From Deltaproteobacteria bacterium (GTDB lineage: Bacteria; Myxococcota; Kuafuiibacteriia; Kuafuiibacteriales; Kuafuiibacteriaceae), in the NCBI GenBank assembly GCA_040218735.1, contig JAVJQW010000070.1, positions 128,001-192,000 on the forward strand: DNA of 64,000 nt, given 5' to 3'. Below, piece after piece: positions 1-8,534 of this stretch. The position numbers and the translations under genes are program-made. Every line of letters begins with the position of its first letter. Positions within the stretch are counted from its first letter, which is position 1. The notes beneath the pieces were generated by a model that searched no databases, had not been told where the DNA came from, and saw nothing but the letters and a program-made list of their open reading frames with translations.

Positions 1-108
1 GTGACGGATCTCGCGCGTCCCTCACTGAGACGTTCTATACGTATACGCTGGATGAAATGCCTCATTGCGCAACCTGTGCGTTTGACCGCACGGTTGCGCC
101 ATAAGCGT

Positions 109-720
109 ATGACAACCCAACTCGCCCCCCACGACACCGCGGACCTCCTGAACGAGGCCCAACAACTCCTGGAGCTCGGACTGGAGCGGTACGGCCGCAA
201 CCAGCCCGAGCAGGCGATCGATTGCTGGGAGCGCGTGCTCTCGGTCGACCCCGGGAACCACGTCGCGCTCGACTACCTGCAGGCCGCCGGCTGGACCGGC
301 TCCGACGACAGCATCACGACCACCACCAAGGCACGCGAGCCCATCGAGCGCGCGGCCCCGTCCAACTGGGGGGCTATGTTGGACGAGGCCATGACGCTTC
401 CGGGCGCCGTCGCCGCCGCGCTCGTCGATTACCGGGACGGTGCGACGTTGGGGACGCGCGGCACGGAGTGCGGCCACGACGTCGCGCTGAGCGCGTCGAG
501 GAACGCCAAGGTGGTTCGCGCCAAGCTCGAGGTCATGCGGGAGGTCGGCGCCGACGCCGCCGTCGAGGACATCGTGATGACGCTGGATGTCGAGCACCAC
601 GTGATTCAGCTCCTCGAGGGGACGTCACTGTTCGTGTACCTGGTGCTCGACAAAGGCACCGGGAACCTCGGCATGGCGCGTCATCGTTTGGCGGCGATCC
701 GATCGGCGTTCACCGCCTGA
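109..720 (+). CDS. TPR + roadblock/LC7-like domain protein (paralog 1)
   Basis: ATG at 109. N-terminal TPR (LELGLERY...AIDCWERVLSVDPGNHVALDYL). C-terminal ~115 aa 'GAVAAALVDYRDGATLG...VRAKLEVM...VEDIVMTL...LFVYLVLDKGTGNLGMARH' resembles small roadblock-fold proteins. Confidence 0.7.
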   Translation: MTTQLAPHDTADLLNEAQQLLELGLERYGRNQPEQAIDCWERVLSVDPGNHVALDYLQAAGWTGSDDSITTTTKAREPIERAAPSNWGAMLDEAMTLPGAVAAALVDYRDGATLGTRGTECGHDVALSASRNAKVVRAKLEVMREVGADAAVEDIVMTLDVEHHVIQLLEGTSLFVYLVLDKGTGNLGMARHRLAAIRSAFTA

Positions 721-894
721 CGGCCGCTGCAAGCCAGCTTGCGGGCGACGTGAAGCGCGGGCGCGTCCTCGGTTGACGCGCCGCGCCTCACTTTGCCCCC
801 ACGCATCTCGACAAGACTTGCGATCAGGTCGGTCGGATGCGGCGATTACCGACTTGCGCGCGGTCGGTCGACGAAGACAAGGTACGCCTCCTCG

Positions 895-1890
895 ATGACG
901 ATCCCCGACTTCCTGGCTCCGGACGAAGGAGCCCTCCAGCAGGAAGCGAACGAGCTCGTGGACCTCGGGCTCGAACGCTACGGCAGCAACCGCACGGAGC
1001 AAGCACTCGCCTGTTGGCAGCGTGCGCTAGAGATCGACCCGACCAACGTACGCGCCCTCGACTACTTGAGGAGCGCGGGTTGGACGGAACACCGACGCGT
1101 CTCATCGAGTGGCGCCGTCCACGAGTTGTGTCGTGACGTCGACCAGCTCGTCGCAGCGGGCGACGACGAAGCTGCGCTCGATCTCATCGAGGCCAGCCCG
1201 TTCGAGCCCGTGAATCACGGCGTCCTCGCGATGCGCACCGAGCAGCTCCAAGAGCGACTGCTGCATCACTACGCGAGCATCCTCGGACCCCTCGATGGAC
1301 GCGTCCGCTACGACACGCGTGCCTTGCCTGCGCTCGTCAGCGACGACGAGCGGATCATCGCAGCGCGAGCGACCGGAAAGGCATCGATGAGCGAGCTCAT
1401 CCACGCCAGCGGTCTCGCTGTTTTCAACGCATCTCGCGCACTCGCGCGGATGCTGAGCCGAGGCGCGATCACGCTCGTGACCGACGCCTCACCGACGACC
1501 TCGGTCACCCCCAAGAAAGGAAATGTTTTGCCCAACGTAAAAGAGAGCCTTCGTGATGCCATGAGTCTTGACGGTGCGATCGCCGTCGCGCTCGTCGACT
1601 ACGACAGTGGAATGACGCTCGGAACCGAGGGGGATGCGCACCTCTTCAACATCGACGTGGCGGCCGCCGGAAACACCCAGGTCGTCCGCGCCAAGCTGGA
1701 CGTGATGCGTCAGCTCAACATCGGCGGCGGCATCGAGGACATCCTCATCACCCTCGACGGGCAGTACCACCTCATCCGGCTGCTGCAGGGGACGTCGCTG
1801 TTCCTCTACGTCGCGCTCGATCGCGCCCGTGGGAACCTCGGCATGGCCCGTCACCGCCTGAAGGCGATTCAAGGGGCGCTCGTGATCTGA
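895..1890 (+). CDS. TPR + winged-helix-like + roadblock/LC7-like domain protein (paralog 2)
   Basis: ATG at 895. TPR 'ALACWQRALEIDPTNVRALDYL', middle 'ARATGKASMSELIHASGLAVFNASRALARMLSRGAI', C-terminal roadblock-like domain paralogous to 109-720. Confidence 0.72.
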   Translation: MTIPDFLAPDEGALQQEANELVDLGLERYGSNRTEQALACWQRALEIDPTNVRALDYLRSAGWTEHRRVSSSGAVHELCRDVDQLVAAGDDEAALDLIEASPFEPVNHGVLAMRTEQLQERLLHHYASILGPLDGRVRYDTRALPALVSDDERIIAARATGKASMSELIHASGLAVFNASRALARMLSRGAITLVTDASPTTSVTPKKGNVLPNVKESLRDAMSLDGAIAVALVDYDSGMTLGTEGDAHLFNIDVAAAGNTQVVRAKLDVMRQLNIGGGIEDILITLDGQYHLIRLLQGTSLFLYVALDRARGNLGMARHRLKAIQGALVI

Positions 1891-1893
1891 GCC

Positions 1894-1910
1894 GAGGGCC
1901 GCGGCCCTTC
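1894..1910. terminator. Palindrome between convergent genes
   Basis: AGGGCCGCGGCCCT perfect 14-bp palindrome just after the stop at 1890. Confidence 0.3.
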
Positions 1911-1927
1911 GACGACGTCGCGCCGCC

Positions 1928-3496
1928 TCAGTTGCTTCGACAGAGCTGCGGTCGCGACGTCGGCGCGGTCGCGTTCTCGACGACCATCACCGATTCACTC
2001 GCGAGGTCCCACGTCAGCGTGAGGCCGTTCCAGAGGTCGCCGGGGACCAGGCGCTGGCCCGCGTCGGTCGGGTACGTCGCGATGACCTCGCCGCGGACGA
2101 GGACTTCGAGCGTGGCGTGCACGTTCACGCCGACGTTTCGGCTGTCGCAGTAGTGCGCGTAGACCTCGTACGCACCGCCGGCTTCGGGGGCGTCGAGGCT
2201 GATGATCTCCGGGCCCTCGCCGCTGACGACGTCGCGGTCGAGGCTCGGGTCGTCGAACGGGCTCATCGGGTCGTTCCAGTTCGGCGACCGGTTGAACGAC
2301 GAGCAGTCGCTGCCGGTGGAGGTGCCGACCTGGCCGCTCCCGTAGTCGCCGACGCTCCCGCCGGGTCTGACGAGGTGCAGATCGACGTCGGTGCCGACGT
2401 CCCAGACCAGCCGGACCTCCAGGTCCTTGGGGCGCACGACGATGTGGGACTCGGGGCGGTCGAGGCTGTCGAGGCCGCGCTCGTCGCGGACGATCAGGCG
2501 GTACTCGTAGCGCCCGACGCGATCGACCTGCAGGTCCCCGGTCGCGCCACGGCGGTCTTGGCGATCCTCACTGGACTGGAACAGCCCCGCGGCGCCGTCC
2601 GGCTTCTCGATGAGCTCCCAGCGGTAGCTGTCGATGCGCCCGCCTTCGGGATCGGTGCTCTCGCGGCCGTCGAAGTTGAGCGCGCGGCGCACGCCGGCGG
2701 AGGCGTCGCGGAACGTCGGGGCGTTCTCGCAGCCGGGCGTGCCGGGGGTGCGCTCGCAGGCCCAAGCGATCGCGCGCGGCGCGAGGTTCGCGGTGCCGAC
2801 GACCTCGACCTCCGTGGTCGGCTCGTCCTCGTCGTCGCTGGAGATCGTGACGAGCGCGGAGTCGCTGCCCAGGTCGACGGGGCTGTAGCGGACCTCGACG
2901 ATCGTCGACGTGAGCGCTTCGATCGTCCCGCCTGTGAACGTGCCGGCGACGAGCGCGAGATCCGTCGAGGTCGAGGTGAACGTGACGCGGGTGATCGTGA
3001 GGATGTCCTTGCCGACGTTCTTGATCTCGATGGCGCGTACCGGCGCAGTGCCCTCGTTCACGACGCCGAAGTCGACGCGCATCGGAAGCACTTCGATCTC
3101 GCGAACACCGCCGACGCCGTCGAGTGGAACCTCGAGCGCGGGGGTCACGGGATCGTTTGAATGGATCGTCATCGTGCCTTCGTAGATCTCGTGCGGTGCG
3201 CGCGGGTGGAAGACGGCGAGCATCGTCTGCTCGTCGACGATCGGCTGCACGACTTCGGGTACGTCCTGAGCACCGAACACGCCGCTGTCCGGCGTGAACG
3301 TGACGCGATCGATCTCGAGGACACCTTCCCCACCGTTGGTGATCGTGAGCTCGACGAAGTTGTCGCGGTTCACGATCCCGTCACCGAAGTCGACGGCGTT
3401 CGGTTCGACGACGATCTTCGGTTGGAGACGCACGAGCGGATCGTCGCTGCACGCGAACGTGTTGAGGGCGACGGCGATGAGGATGGCGCGACGCAC
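1928..3496 (-). CDS. Lipoprotein with Ig-like (choice-of-anchor D/ASH) domains and a PKD-like domain
   Basis: Lipobox-like 'TFAC'; two 'VDFG..V...L/I.I.N.G...L.I..V.F' Ig-like repeats; 'FDGRESTDPEG...YRWEL' PKD-like segment; 'L.WD..TDVDLHL' C-terminal domain. Confidence 0.75.
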   Translation of the reverse strand: MRRAILIAVALNTFACSDDPLVRLQPKIVVEPNAVDFGDGIVNRDNFVELTITNGGEGVLEIDRVTFTPDSGVFGAQDVPEVVQPIVDEQTMLAVFHPRAPHEIYEGTMTIHSNDPVTPALEVPLDGVGGVREIEVLPMRVDFGVVNEGTAPVRAIEIKNVGKDILTITRVTFTSTSTDLALVAGTFTGGTIEALTSTIVEVRYSPVDLGSDSALVTISSDDEDEPTTEVEVVGTANLAPRAIAWACERTPGTPGCENAPTFRDASAGVRRALNFDGRESTDPEGGRIDSYRWELIEKPDGAAGLFQSSEDRQDRRGATGDLQVDRVGRYEYRLIVRDERGLDSLDRPESHIVVRPKDLEVRLVWDVGTDVDLHLVRPGGSVGDYGSGQVGTSTGSDCSSFNRSPNWNDPMSPFDDPSLDRDVVSGEGPEIISLDAPEAGGAYEVYAHYCDSRNVGVNVHATLEVLVRGEVIATYPTDAGQRLVPGDLWNGLTLTWDLASESVMVVENATAPTSRPQLCRSN

Positions 3497-3626
3497 GTGT
3501 GTTCGTTCCTACCGCGGATCGGGGTCGCTCGGATCCTAAGATGTAAGACGACAGGCGTGACCGGCGTGCTCGAACGCATGCAAAAGGCGACTTTTCGTTG
3601 CGCGGAACCACCCCGGGGGCGCGTTC

Positions 3627-3655
3627 TTGACAGCATCTCCTATCGGCTACATGAT
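3627..3655 (+). promoter_or_regulatory. Sigma70-type promoter for the small-protein pair
   Basis: TTGACA (3627-3632), 17 bp, CATGAT (3650-3655). Confidence 0.5.
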
Positions 3656-3728
3656 GCCGCCCACACCGCTGGAAATGGCCGTTTCTAGGCCGTCAGCGCA
3701 TTAGAATCACGGGTTGGGTGAGGAGCGA

Positions 3729-3923
3729 ATGGCGAACACGGACAAGAGGAAGCAGTCTCTCTATTTCCCCGAGGAGATGCTCAAAGAGATTCAAGACGAG
3801 GCGAACCGGCAGGATCGGTCCCTTTCGTGGATCGTGCAGCAGGCCTGGCGCATCGCTCGGACAGAGATCATGCGCTTCCCCTCGGTCAACGACGTCCTCG
3901 AATCTTCGGGCCGCGACGAGTAG
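3729..3923 (+). CDS. TIGR04563-type (MXAN_4361/4362-like) small ribbon-helix-helix protein
   Basis: 'KRKQSLYFPEEMLKEIQDEANRQDRSLSWIVQQAW'; GAGGAG SD before ATG. Confidence 0.85.
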   Translation: MANTDKRKQSLYFPEEMLKEIQDEANRQDRSLSWIVQQAWRIARTEIMRFPSVNDVLESSGRDE

Positions 3924-4001
3924 GCGACGACGTTGGTGTGCCGCCCCCCGGGGCGGTCACGATGTCGCAGTCGACTCGATGTCTCGAAGCGAGGAGCGAA
4001 G

Positions 4002-4196
4002 ATGAGCGGTGGCGTAAAGCAGAGCCTCTACTTCCCCCAGGAAATGCTGGACGAAATGCAGAAGGAAGCGAAACGGCAAGACCGCTCGCTTTCCTGGATC
4101 GTCCAGCAGGCGTGGCGCGTGGCGCGGTCGGACCTTCGTAGGATTCCGTCCGCCAACGACGTCATCTCGATGCCGCGTAACGGCCAAGAGAAATAG
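4002..4196 (+). CDS. TIGR04563-type small ribbon-helix-helix protein, second copy
   Basis: 'KQSLYFPQEMLDEMQKEAKRQDRSLSWIVQQAW'; GAGGAG SD. Confidence 0.85.
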   Translation: MSGGVKQSLYFPQEMLDEMQKEAKRQDRSLSWIVQQAWRVARSDLRRIPSANDVISMPRNGQEK

Positions 4197-4203
4197 ACGC
4201 GTA

Positions 4204-4285
4204 CGCCCGTTCGCCCTCCCCGGGCGCGGGCGCACACTTTCATTTCGTTACGAAAGCGCGCCCCAGCGAACGCCGGGGCGCTTTC
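4204..4285. terminator. Two hairpins between convergent genes (probable bidirectional terminator)
   Basis: CGCCCG..CGCCC/GGGCG.CGGGCG followed by a T-rich tract; GAAAGCGC(G)CCCC/GGGGCGCTTTC at 4252-4285. Confidence 0.55.
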
Positions 4286-4297
4286 AGCGGTCCGAAG

Positions 4298-5128
4298 TCA
4301 TTCGGGCGAGTCGGTCGAGAACTCGATCTTTCCGCTGATGTCGATCGGAAGCTGAAGCGAAGCCACGGCGACGTTTCCGCCGACGGTGTACTCGATCTCC
4401 CCGGAGGCGAGGATCTCCTTGATGTTCGGGAAGGCCTTCTCGTCCATCACGATGCTGACCGCGAACTCCTGCGCGGCGCCTTGGACCAGGCGTGCGCCGA
4501 TCGCGCCCTGCTCCGACTTCGTCTCCTTGCCGTTGATCGCGACCTGGTACTCGAGGCTGTCGATCGTCACGGTGAAGACGTTTTCGTTGATGAGCCGGAG
4601 GTACAGCGTGACGTCGAGGCCGTCCTTGCCGTAGCGCGCGGCCTGCGCGTCGTGCAGCACGAACTTCGGAAGTGACGGTGTCGCGACGGCGCCCTTCTTC
4701 TCGAACGTCGCGCTCGTGCCGTCGTCGAACTGCACGTTGCCGCTGACGGTGAGGAGGATCTGCCCTTCGTCGAGGACGGCGCGGTAGCGCTCCTTGTCCT
4801 CCGGGAACGGGATCTTCTGCGAGAACTCGACCTCGGTGATCTGCTGCGACTCGAGGACCGTGCCGCCCGCGACCTGCCCGTTGAGCACGCCGCCGATGTC
4901 ACCCGTGTCGACCTTGTAGTCGATCTGCGTGATGGACACCGACGCCCCGCGCGGATTCGCGAGCTGGAGCTTCACGCCGATCTTGGAGGCGTCCAGGCTG
5001 TCCGCCTGCGGGAGGATGCGATCCACGCGCACCGCGACGTCCTCCACCGTCTCGACCTGCTTGGGCTGGCTCGCGCACCCGAGCGCCATCACGATCCCCG
5101 CCGTCATCGACCACCGCATTGTGTTCAT
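4298..5128 (-). CDS. LEA type 2 (WHy) double-domain lipoprotein
   Basis: Lipobox 'ALGC'; two LEA_2 motifs 'LQLANPRGASVSITQIDYKV' and 'LRLINENVFTVTIDSLEYQV'. Confidence 0.75.
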   Translation of the reverse strand: MNTMRWSMTAGIVMALGCASQPKQVETVEDVAVRVDRILPQADSLDASKIGVKLQLANPRGASVSITQIDYKVDTGDIGGVLNGQVAGGTVLESQQITEVEFSQKIPFPEDKERYRAVLDEGQILLTVSGNVQFDDGTSATFEKKGAVATPSLPKFVLHDAQAARYGKDGLDVTLYLRLINENVFTVTIDSLEYQVAINGKETKSEQGAIGARLVQGAAQEFAVSIVMDEKAFPNIKEILASGEIEYTVGGNVAVASLQLPIDISGKIEFSTDSPE

Positions 5129-5154
5129 CGTCCCCCTGCCTCTCTCGTGACTGT

Positions 5155-5946
5155 TCAGAACGGGCACAGCATGTCGCTGCACGCGACGTCGCTGTCGCAG
5201 GTCCCGTCCGTTGCGCACGTCTTCCACGCGCAGATGTTGTAGCGATCCCCGGAAAAGTCGGTGAATCCGACGATCCCGCGGCCCGGCACCAGCTGGTAGC
5301 GGGCCTCGTCCGTCTCGGCGCCGATCGTGCGCCGGTAGAGCAGCTCGACGGCCTCCATGTCGCCGTCGGGCGTCGGCACGGTCTTGAGCTCCTCGAAGAC
5401 CTGCCAGACGTGTCGCTCGAGCATCCCCGGCTCACACGACTCGCCGTTGTTGATCATCTGACCGCACAGCTCCGGCGTGGTCTCGATGTCGAACTTCGCG
5501 CCCGGCTCGAGGATGACCTCGCCCGCGCGATCGTAGGCGAGGCCCAGGAAGATCGGCGCGGTGACGTCCTCGTAGCGGCTCGTGATCTCCTCGCGGCCGG
5601 CCCCGGTCGACGAGCGCAGCAGGCGAACCTCGCCTTCGGCGTCCGTCTTGAACTGCCGAGAGAACGGGCGCTCGGCGCTCTGCAGGATGAGGCGCTGGTC
5701 GAAGACCGTCTCCCCTGCGATCGAGATCTCGTTGGGCCCAGTGATTTCGATCCGGCCGGAGATGTTGCGCGCCGGGATGTCGTACGAGGTGCAGCTGCCG
5801 GGGTTGAGCCCGTAGAAGGTCCGCACCTCGTCCGACGTGGGTTTGTCGATCTCGATGGGCCCTCCGCCCGAGCAGGCGGACGCGAGGACCGCGCCGGCGA
5901 AGAGGTACGAGGTCGCGAAGACGCGACGGAGCCCGTGTACGGCCAT
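5155..5946 (-). CDS. Hypothetical lipoprotein with Cys-rich C-terminus
   Basis: Lipobox 'ASAC'; high GC3; start uncertain. Confidence 0.6.
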   Translation of the reverse strand: MAVHGLRRVFATSYLFAGAVLASACSGGGPIEIDKPTSDEVRTFYGLNPGSCTSYDIPARNISGRIEITGPNEISIAGETVFDQRLILQSAERPFSRQFKTDAEGEVRLLRSSTGAGREEITSRYEDVTAPIFLGLAYDRAGEVILEPGAKFDIETTPELCGQMINNGESCEPGMLERHVWQVFEELKTVPTPDGDMEAVELLYRRTIGAETDEARYQLVPGRGIVGFTDFSGDRYNICAWKTCATDGTCDSDVACSDMLCPF

Positions 5947-6012
5947 GATGCGGCGCACTCTAGCCATTGGCGTCAAATGAAGTAAACAGAACGTTCCGGC
6001 CCGCGAAGGCCG

Positions 6013-6041
6013 TTGACGCGCGCGGCACCCCCGTCTACCAC
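6013..6041 (+). promoter_or_regulatory. Sigma70-type promoter
   Basis: TTGACG, 17 bp, TACCAC upstream of ATG 6057. Confidence 0.45.
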
Positions 6042-6056
6042 CGCAAAGAGCCGCTC

Positions 6057-6890
6057 ATGACGGACGACGACCACGACCGCATTCGCCGGCAGCTGGAGAG
6101 CGACCAGTTCAACGCGCGGGGCATCGAGGCGGCCGACCGCAAGTGGTACGACGAGGCCGTCCGCGCGTTCAAACGCGCCATCGAGCTGGACCCGGATTCG
6201 GCCCACGCCCACGACAACCTCGCGACGGTCTACAGCGAACAGGGCCAGTACCTGCTCGCGCTCGGCGAGTACCTCGAGGCGATCCGCCTGGAGCCCAAGA
6301 GCCCCACGGCGCACTACAACATCGCGTGTTTTCTCTCGTCGCAGGCCCACGAGATGGCGATCGAGGAGTACCAGGAGGCGATCCGCCTCGAGTACGACTA
6401 CCCGGACGCCCACGTGAACCTCGGCCTCTGCTACGTCGACGCCGGCGAGCACGAGAAGGCGATCGCCGAGTTCCGCATCGCGTGTGACCTCGACCCGAGC
6501 GACCTCGGCGCCAAACAGGAGCTCGCGGCCTCCCTGATCGACGTCGGCGAGTACGCCGAAGCGATCCGCCACCTCAAGGACGTCGTGAAGCTCGAGCCCG
6601 ACAACCTCGACGCCTCCATCGATCTGGGCATCGCGTACTCCGCCCAAGGCTTCTACGAGGAGGCCGAGCGCGCCTTCGTCTTGGCCAAGACCGCCGAACC
6701 CGACGAGGTCCTCGCCCCGTACCACCTCGCCGCCCTGTACGCGGTCTGGGGGAAGCGCGACGAAGCCCTGGAGCAGCTGGAGCGCGCGCTGACGCTGGAG
6801 CCGGATCGCGTGCGCGCCTGGGTGGAGACGGATCGGATGTTCGACGGGATGAAGGCGGACGCGGGGTTCGTGGAGATGATCTCCGGCTGA
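6057..6890 (+). CDS. Tetratricopeptide repeat protein
   Basis: About 7 TPRs (AHDNLA, AHYNIA, AHVNLG, ASIDLG, APYHLA) with a C-terminal '[15 protein letters not shown]' capping motif. Confidence 0.85.
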   Translation: MTDDDHDRIRRQLESDQFNARGIEAADRKWYDEAVRAFKRAIELDPDSAHAHDNLATVYSEQGQYLLALGEYLEAIRLEPKSPTAHYNIACFLSSQAHEMAIEEYQEAIRLEYDYPDAHVNLGLCYVDAGEHEKAIAEFRIACDLDPSDLGAKQELAASLIDVGEYAEAIRHLKDVVKLEPDNLDASIDLGIAYSAQGFYEEAERAFVLAKTAEPDEVLAPYHLAALYAVWGKRDEALEQLERALTLEPDRVRAWVETDRMFDGMKADAGFVEMISG

Positions 6891-6900
6891 GCCCTGCTCG

Positions 6901-6927
6901 CCCCAGCCCCAGCCCCAGCCCCAGCCC
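6901..6927 (-). repeat. (CCCCAG)4 tandem repeat; (G4CT)3G4 G-quadruplex motif on the minus strand
   Basis: CCCCAG x4 + CCC read directly. Confidence 0.85.
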
Positions 6928-6942
6928 TCGCCCTGGTGCGGG

Positions 6943-7318
6943 TCCGAATCCGTGGCCGAGTCCGAATCCGTCGCCGAGTCCGAATCCGTCGCCGAGGCCG
7001 AATCCGAGTCCGATTCCGTCGCCGAGTCCGATTCCGTCGCCGAGTCCGATTCCGTCGCCGAGTCCGAATCCGTCGCCGAGTCGGATCCGGACGAGGCAAC
7101 GGAGTCGGATCCGGAATCGGACGCTGACTCGGAATCGGCGCCGGAATCGGACGCTGACTCGGACTCGGATCCGGACTCGGAATCGGATCCGGACTCGGAA
7201 TCGGACCCGGACTCGGAATCGGAATCGGACTCGGATCCGGACTCGGAATCGGACTCGGATCCGGAATCGGAATCGGAATCGGAATCGGACTCGGATCCGG
7301 ACTCGGACTCGGACTCGG
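6943..7318. repeat. Intergenic hexamer/18-mer tandem repeat array with inverted halves
   Basis: Left: ~7 x TCCGAWTCCGTCGCCGAG. Right: ~40 TCGGAH/CCGGAH hexamers. Switch at ~7081. Confidence 0.9.
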
Positions 7319-7351
7319 CCCCTCCGCCGTCACCCCCCGTCGCCCTCGCCG

Positions 7352-7858
7352 TCACGCCGCGTCGCCCTCGCCTCCGTCACGCCCGCCGTCGCCGCGTCCC
7401 CCGTCTCTCGGCCCCGCATCCCGCGGGCACGGATCATCCACGCTCGCGCACACGAGCTCCCCGAAGCTGCACGCGCAGCCGAGGCTGTTGATCGGATCGA
7501 GCGTCACGCAGTCGCGCGGGTACACACACGTGAAGTCACCGACGCACGCCTCCACGACCCCGGGCTGTGGGCGGAGCGTCGGGCACTCCGTGCGAAGGCG
7601 TCCGGCGTCCGCACCGGCGTCGAAGGCGCTGCCGCCATCCCGGCTTCCGCCGTCACGCTCGGGTGTGCCGGTCGCGCGGCACAGGAAGGTCCGCGATGCG
7701 TCGCAGACGCACCGCGTCCCCTCCAGGTGGAAGCAGACGAGCCCCGACTCACAGGTCTCCCCGGGGCTAGGTCGCGTCGGGCATTCGGTGTGGTCCACCG
7801 TCGCTTCGCCCGCGCAGGCGAAGCACACGCCCGCCAGCACCACCCACCCACGCCCCAT
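7352..7858 (-). CDS. Cys-rich myxobacterial lipoprotein with DAG/DGG repeats
   Basis: 'CFAC' lipobox; two 'TECPT.RP' Cys-rich modules; DGG/DAG repeats. Confidence 0.65.
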   Translation of the reverse strand: MGRGWVVLAGVCFACAGEATVDHTECPTRPSPGETCESGLVCFHLEGTRCVCDASRTFLCRATGTPERDGGSRDGGSAFDAGADAGRLRTECPTLRPQPGVVEACVGDFTCVYPRDCVTLDPINSLGCACSFGELVCASVDDPCPRDAGPRDGGRGDGGRDGGEGDAA

Positions 7859-8012
7859 CCCCACCGACTCTACGGTGCATCTGTGCGTGCCGGCACGTTT
7901 GTTGGTCGTCTCGTGTCCGCCGTGGCAGAGTGCCTACCTAGACGTGGGCACCACCGGCCTCTTCCGCCCGCCCCTGCCCCCGGCGGCGCGGTTGTCTCGT
8001 GCGGGGGCGCAG

Positions 8013-8354
8013 ATGCGGCGCATCCGGACGTCGAAGCCGGGGGTGGTGTGGCTGCAGGCGCCCGGGCCCTGCGACCTGTGGACGCTCACCGACGAGGACG
8101 GCGCCCCCAAGGAGCAGGAGCTGTCCTTCTTCAACCGCACCGTCGTCCTCAAGGACGGGCAGCTGTACACCGGCCTCGCGCACGAAGGCGTCGCCGCCTC
8201 CGTGTACGGGCGGACCGCCCTGCTCGACTTCGACCGGCAGCTCGACATCATGACGCTCGAGGGCGCCCAGGCGCTCCTCTCGGACGTGCGCGAAGCCGTC
8301 CGGACGCCCGGCGTCGAGCACCTCCTCGCCGCGATCGCCAAGCACCTCGACTGA
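8013..8354 (+). CDS. Hypothetical protein (113 aa)
   Basis: ATG 8013, high GC3, globular composition; no family recognised. Confidence 0.55.
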   Translation: MRRIRTSKPGVVWLQAPGPCDLWTLTDEDGAPKEQELSFFNRTVVLKDGQLYTGLAHEGVAASVYGRTALLDFDRQLDIMTLEGAQALLSDVREAVRTPGVEHLLAAIAKHLD

Positions 8355-8534
8355 GCCGCCGCGCCGGCTGACGTTTGTCAAAACCCGCCCCCGTCCCCAT
8401 CATGGCAGGAAAAGTCGCACCCTCGCGACCGGCGCATTTCGGCATGAACCCAACATCTAGGGGCCCCTCGAAAGAGGACACCCCAGGGAAAGGGTTGCGT
8501 CCAAGAATCCGCGCCGGTAGAGAGACCACGCCAC

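Noticed and set aside
6943-7318. Possible CRISPR array
   Set aside because: Tandem units without unique spacers; no cas genes.
5973-7355. SD-repeat 'adhesin' ORF on the minus strand (and 6952-7491 on the plus strand)
   Set aside because: No signal or anchor; runs antisense through real genes; the repeat lacks stops in several frames. Kept only as a DNA repeat.
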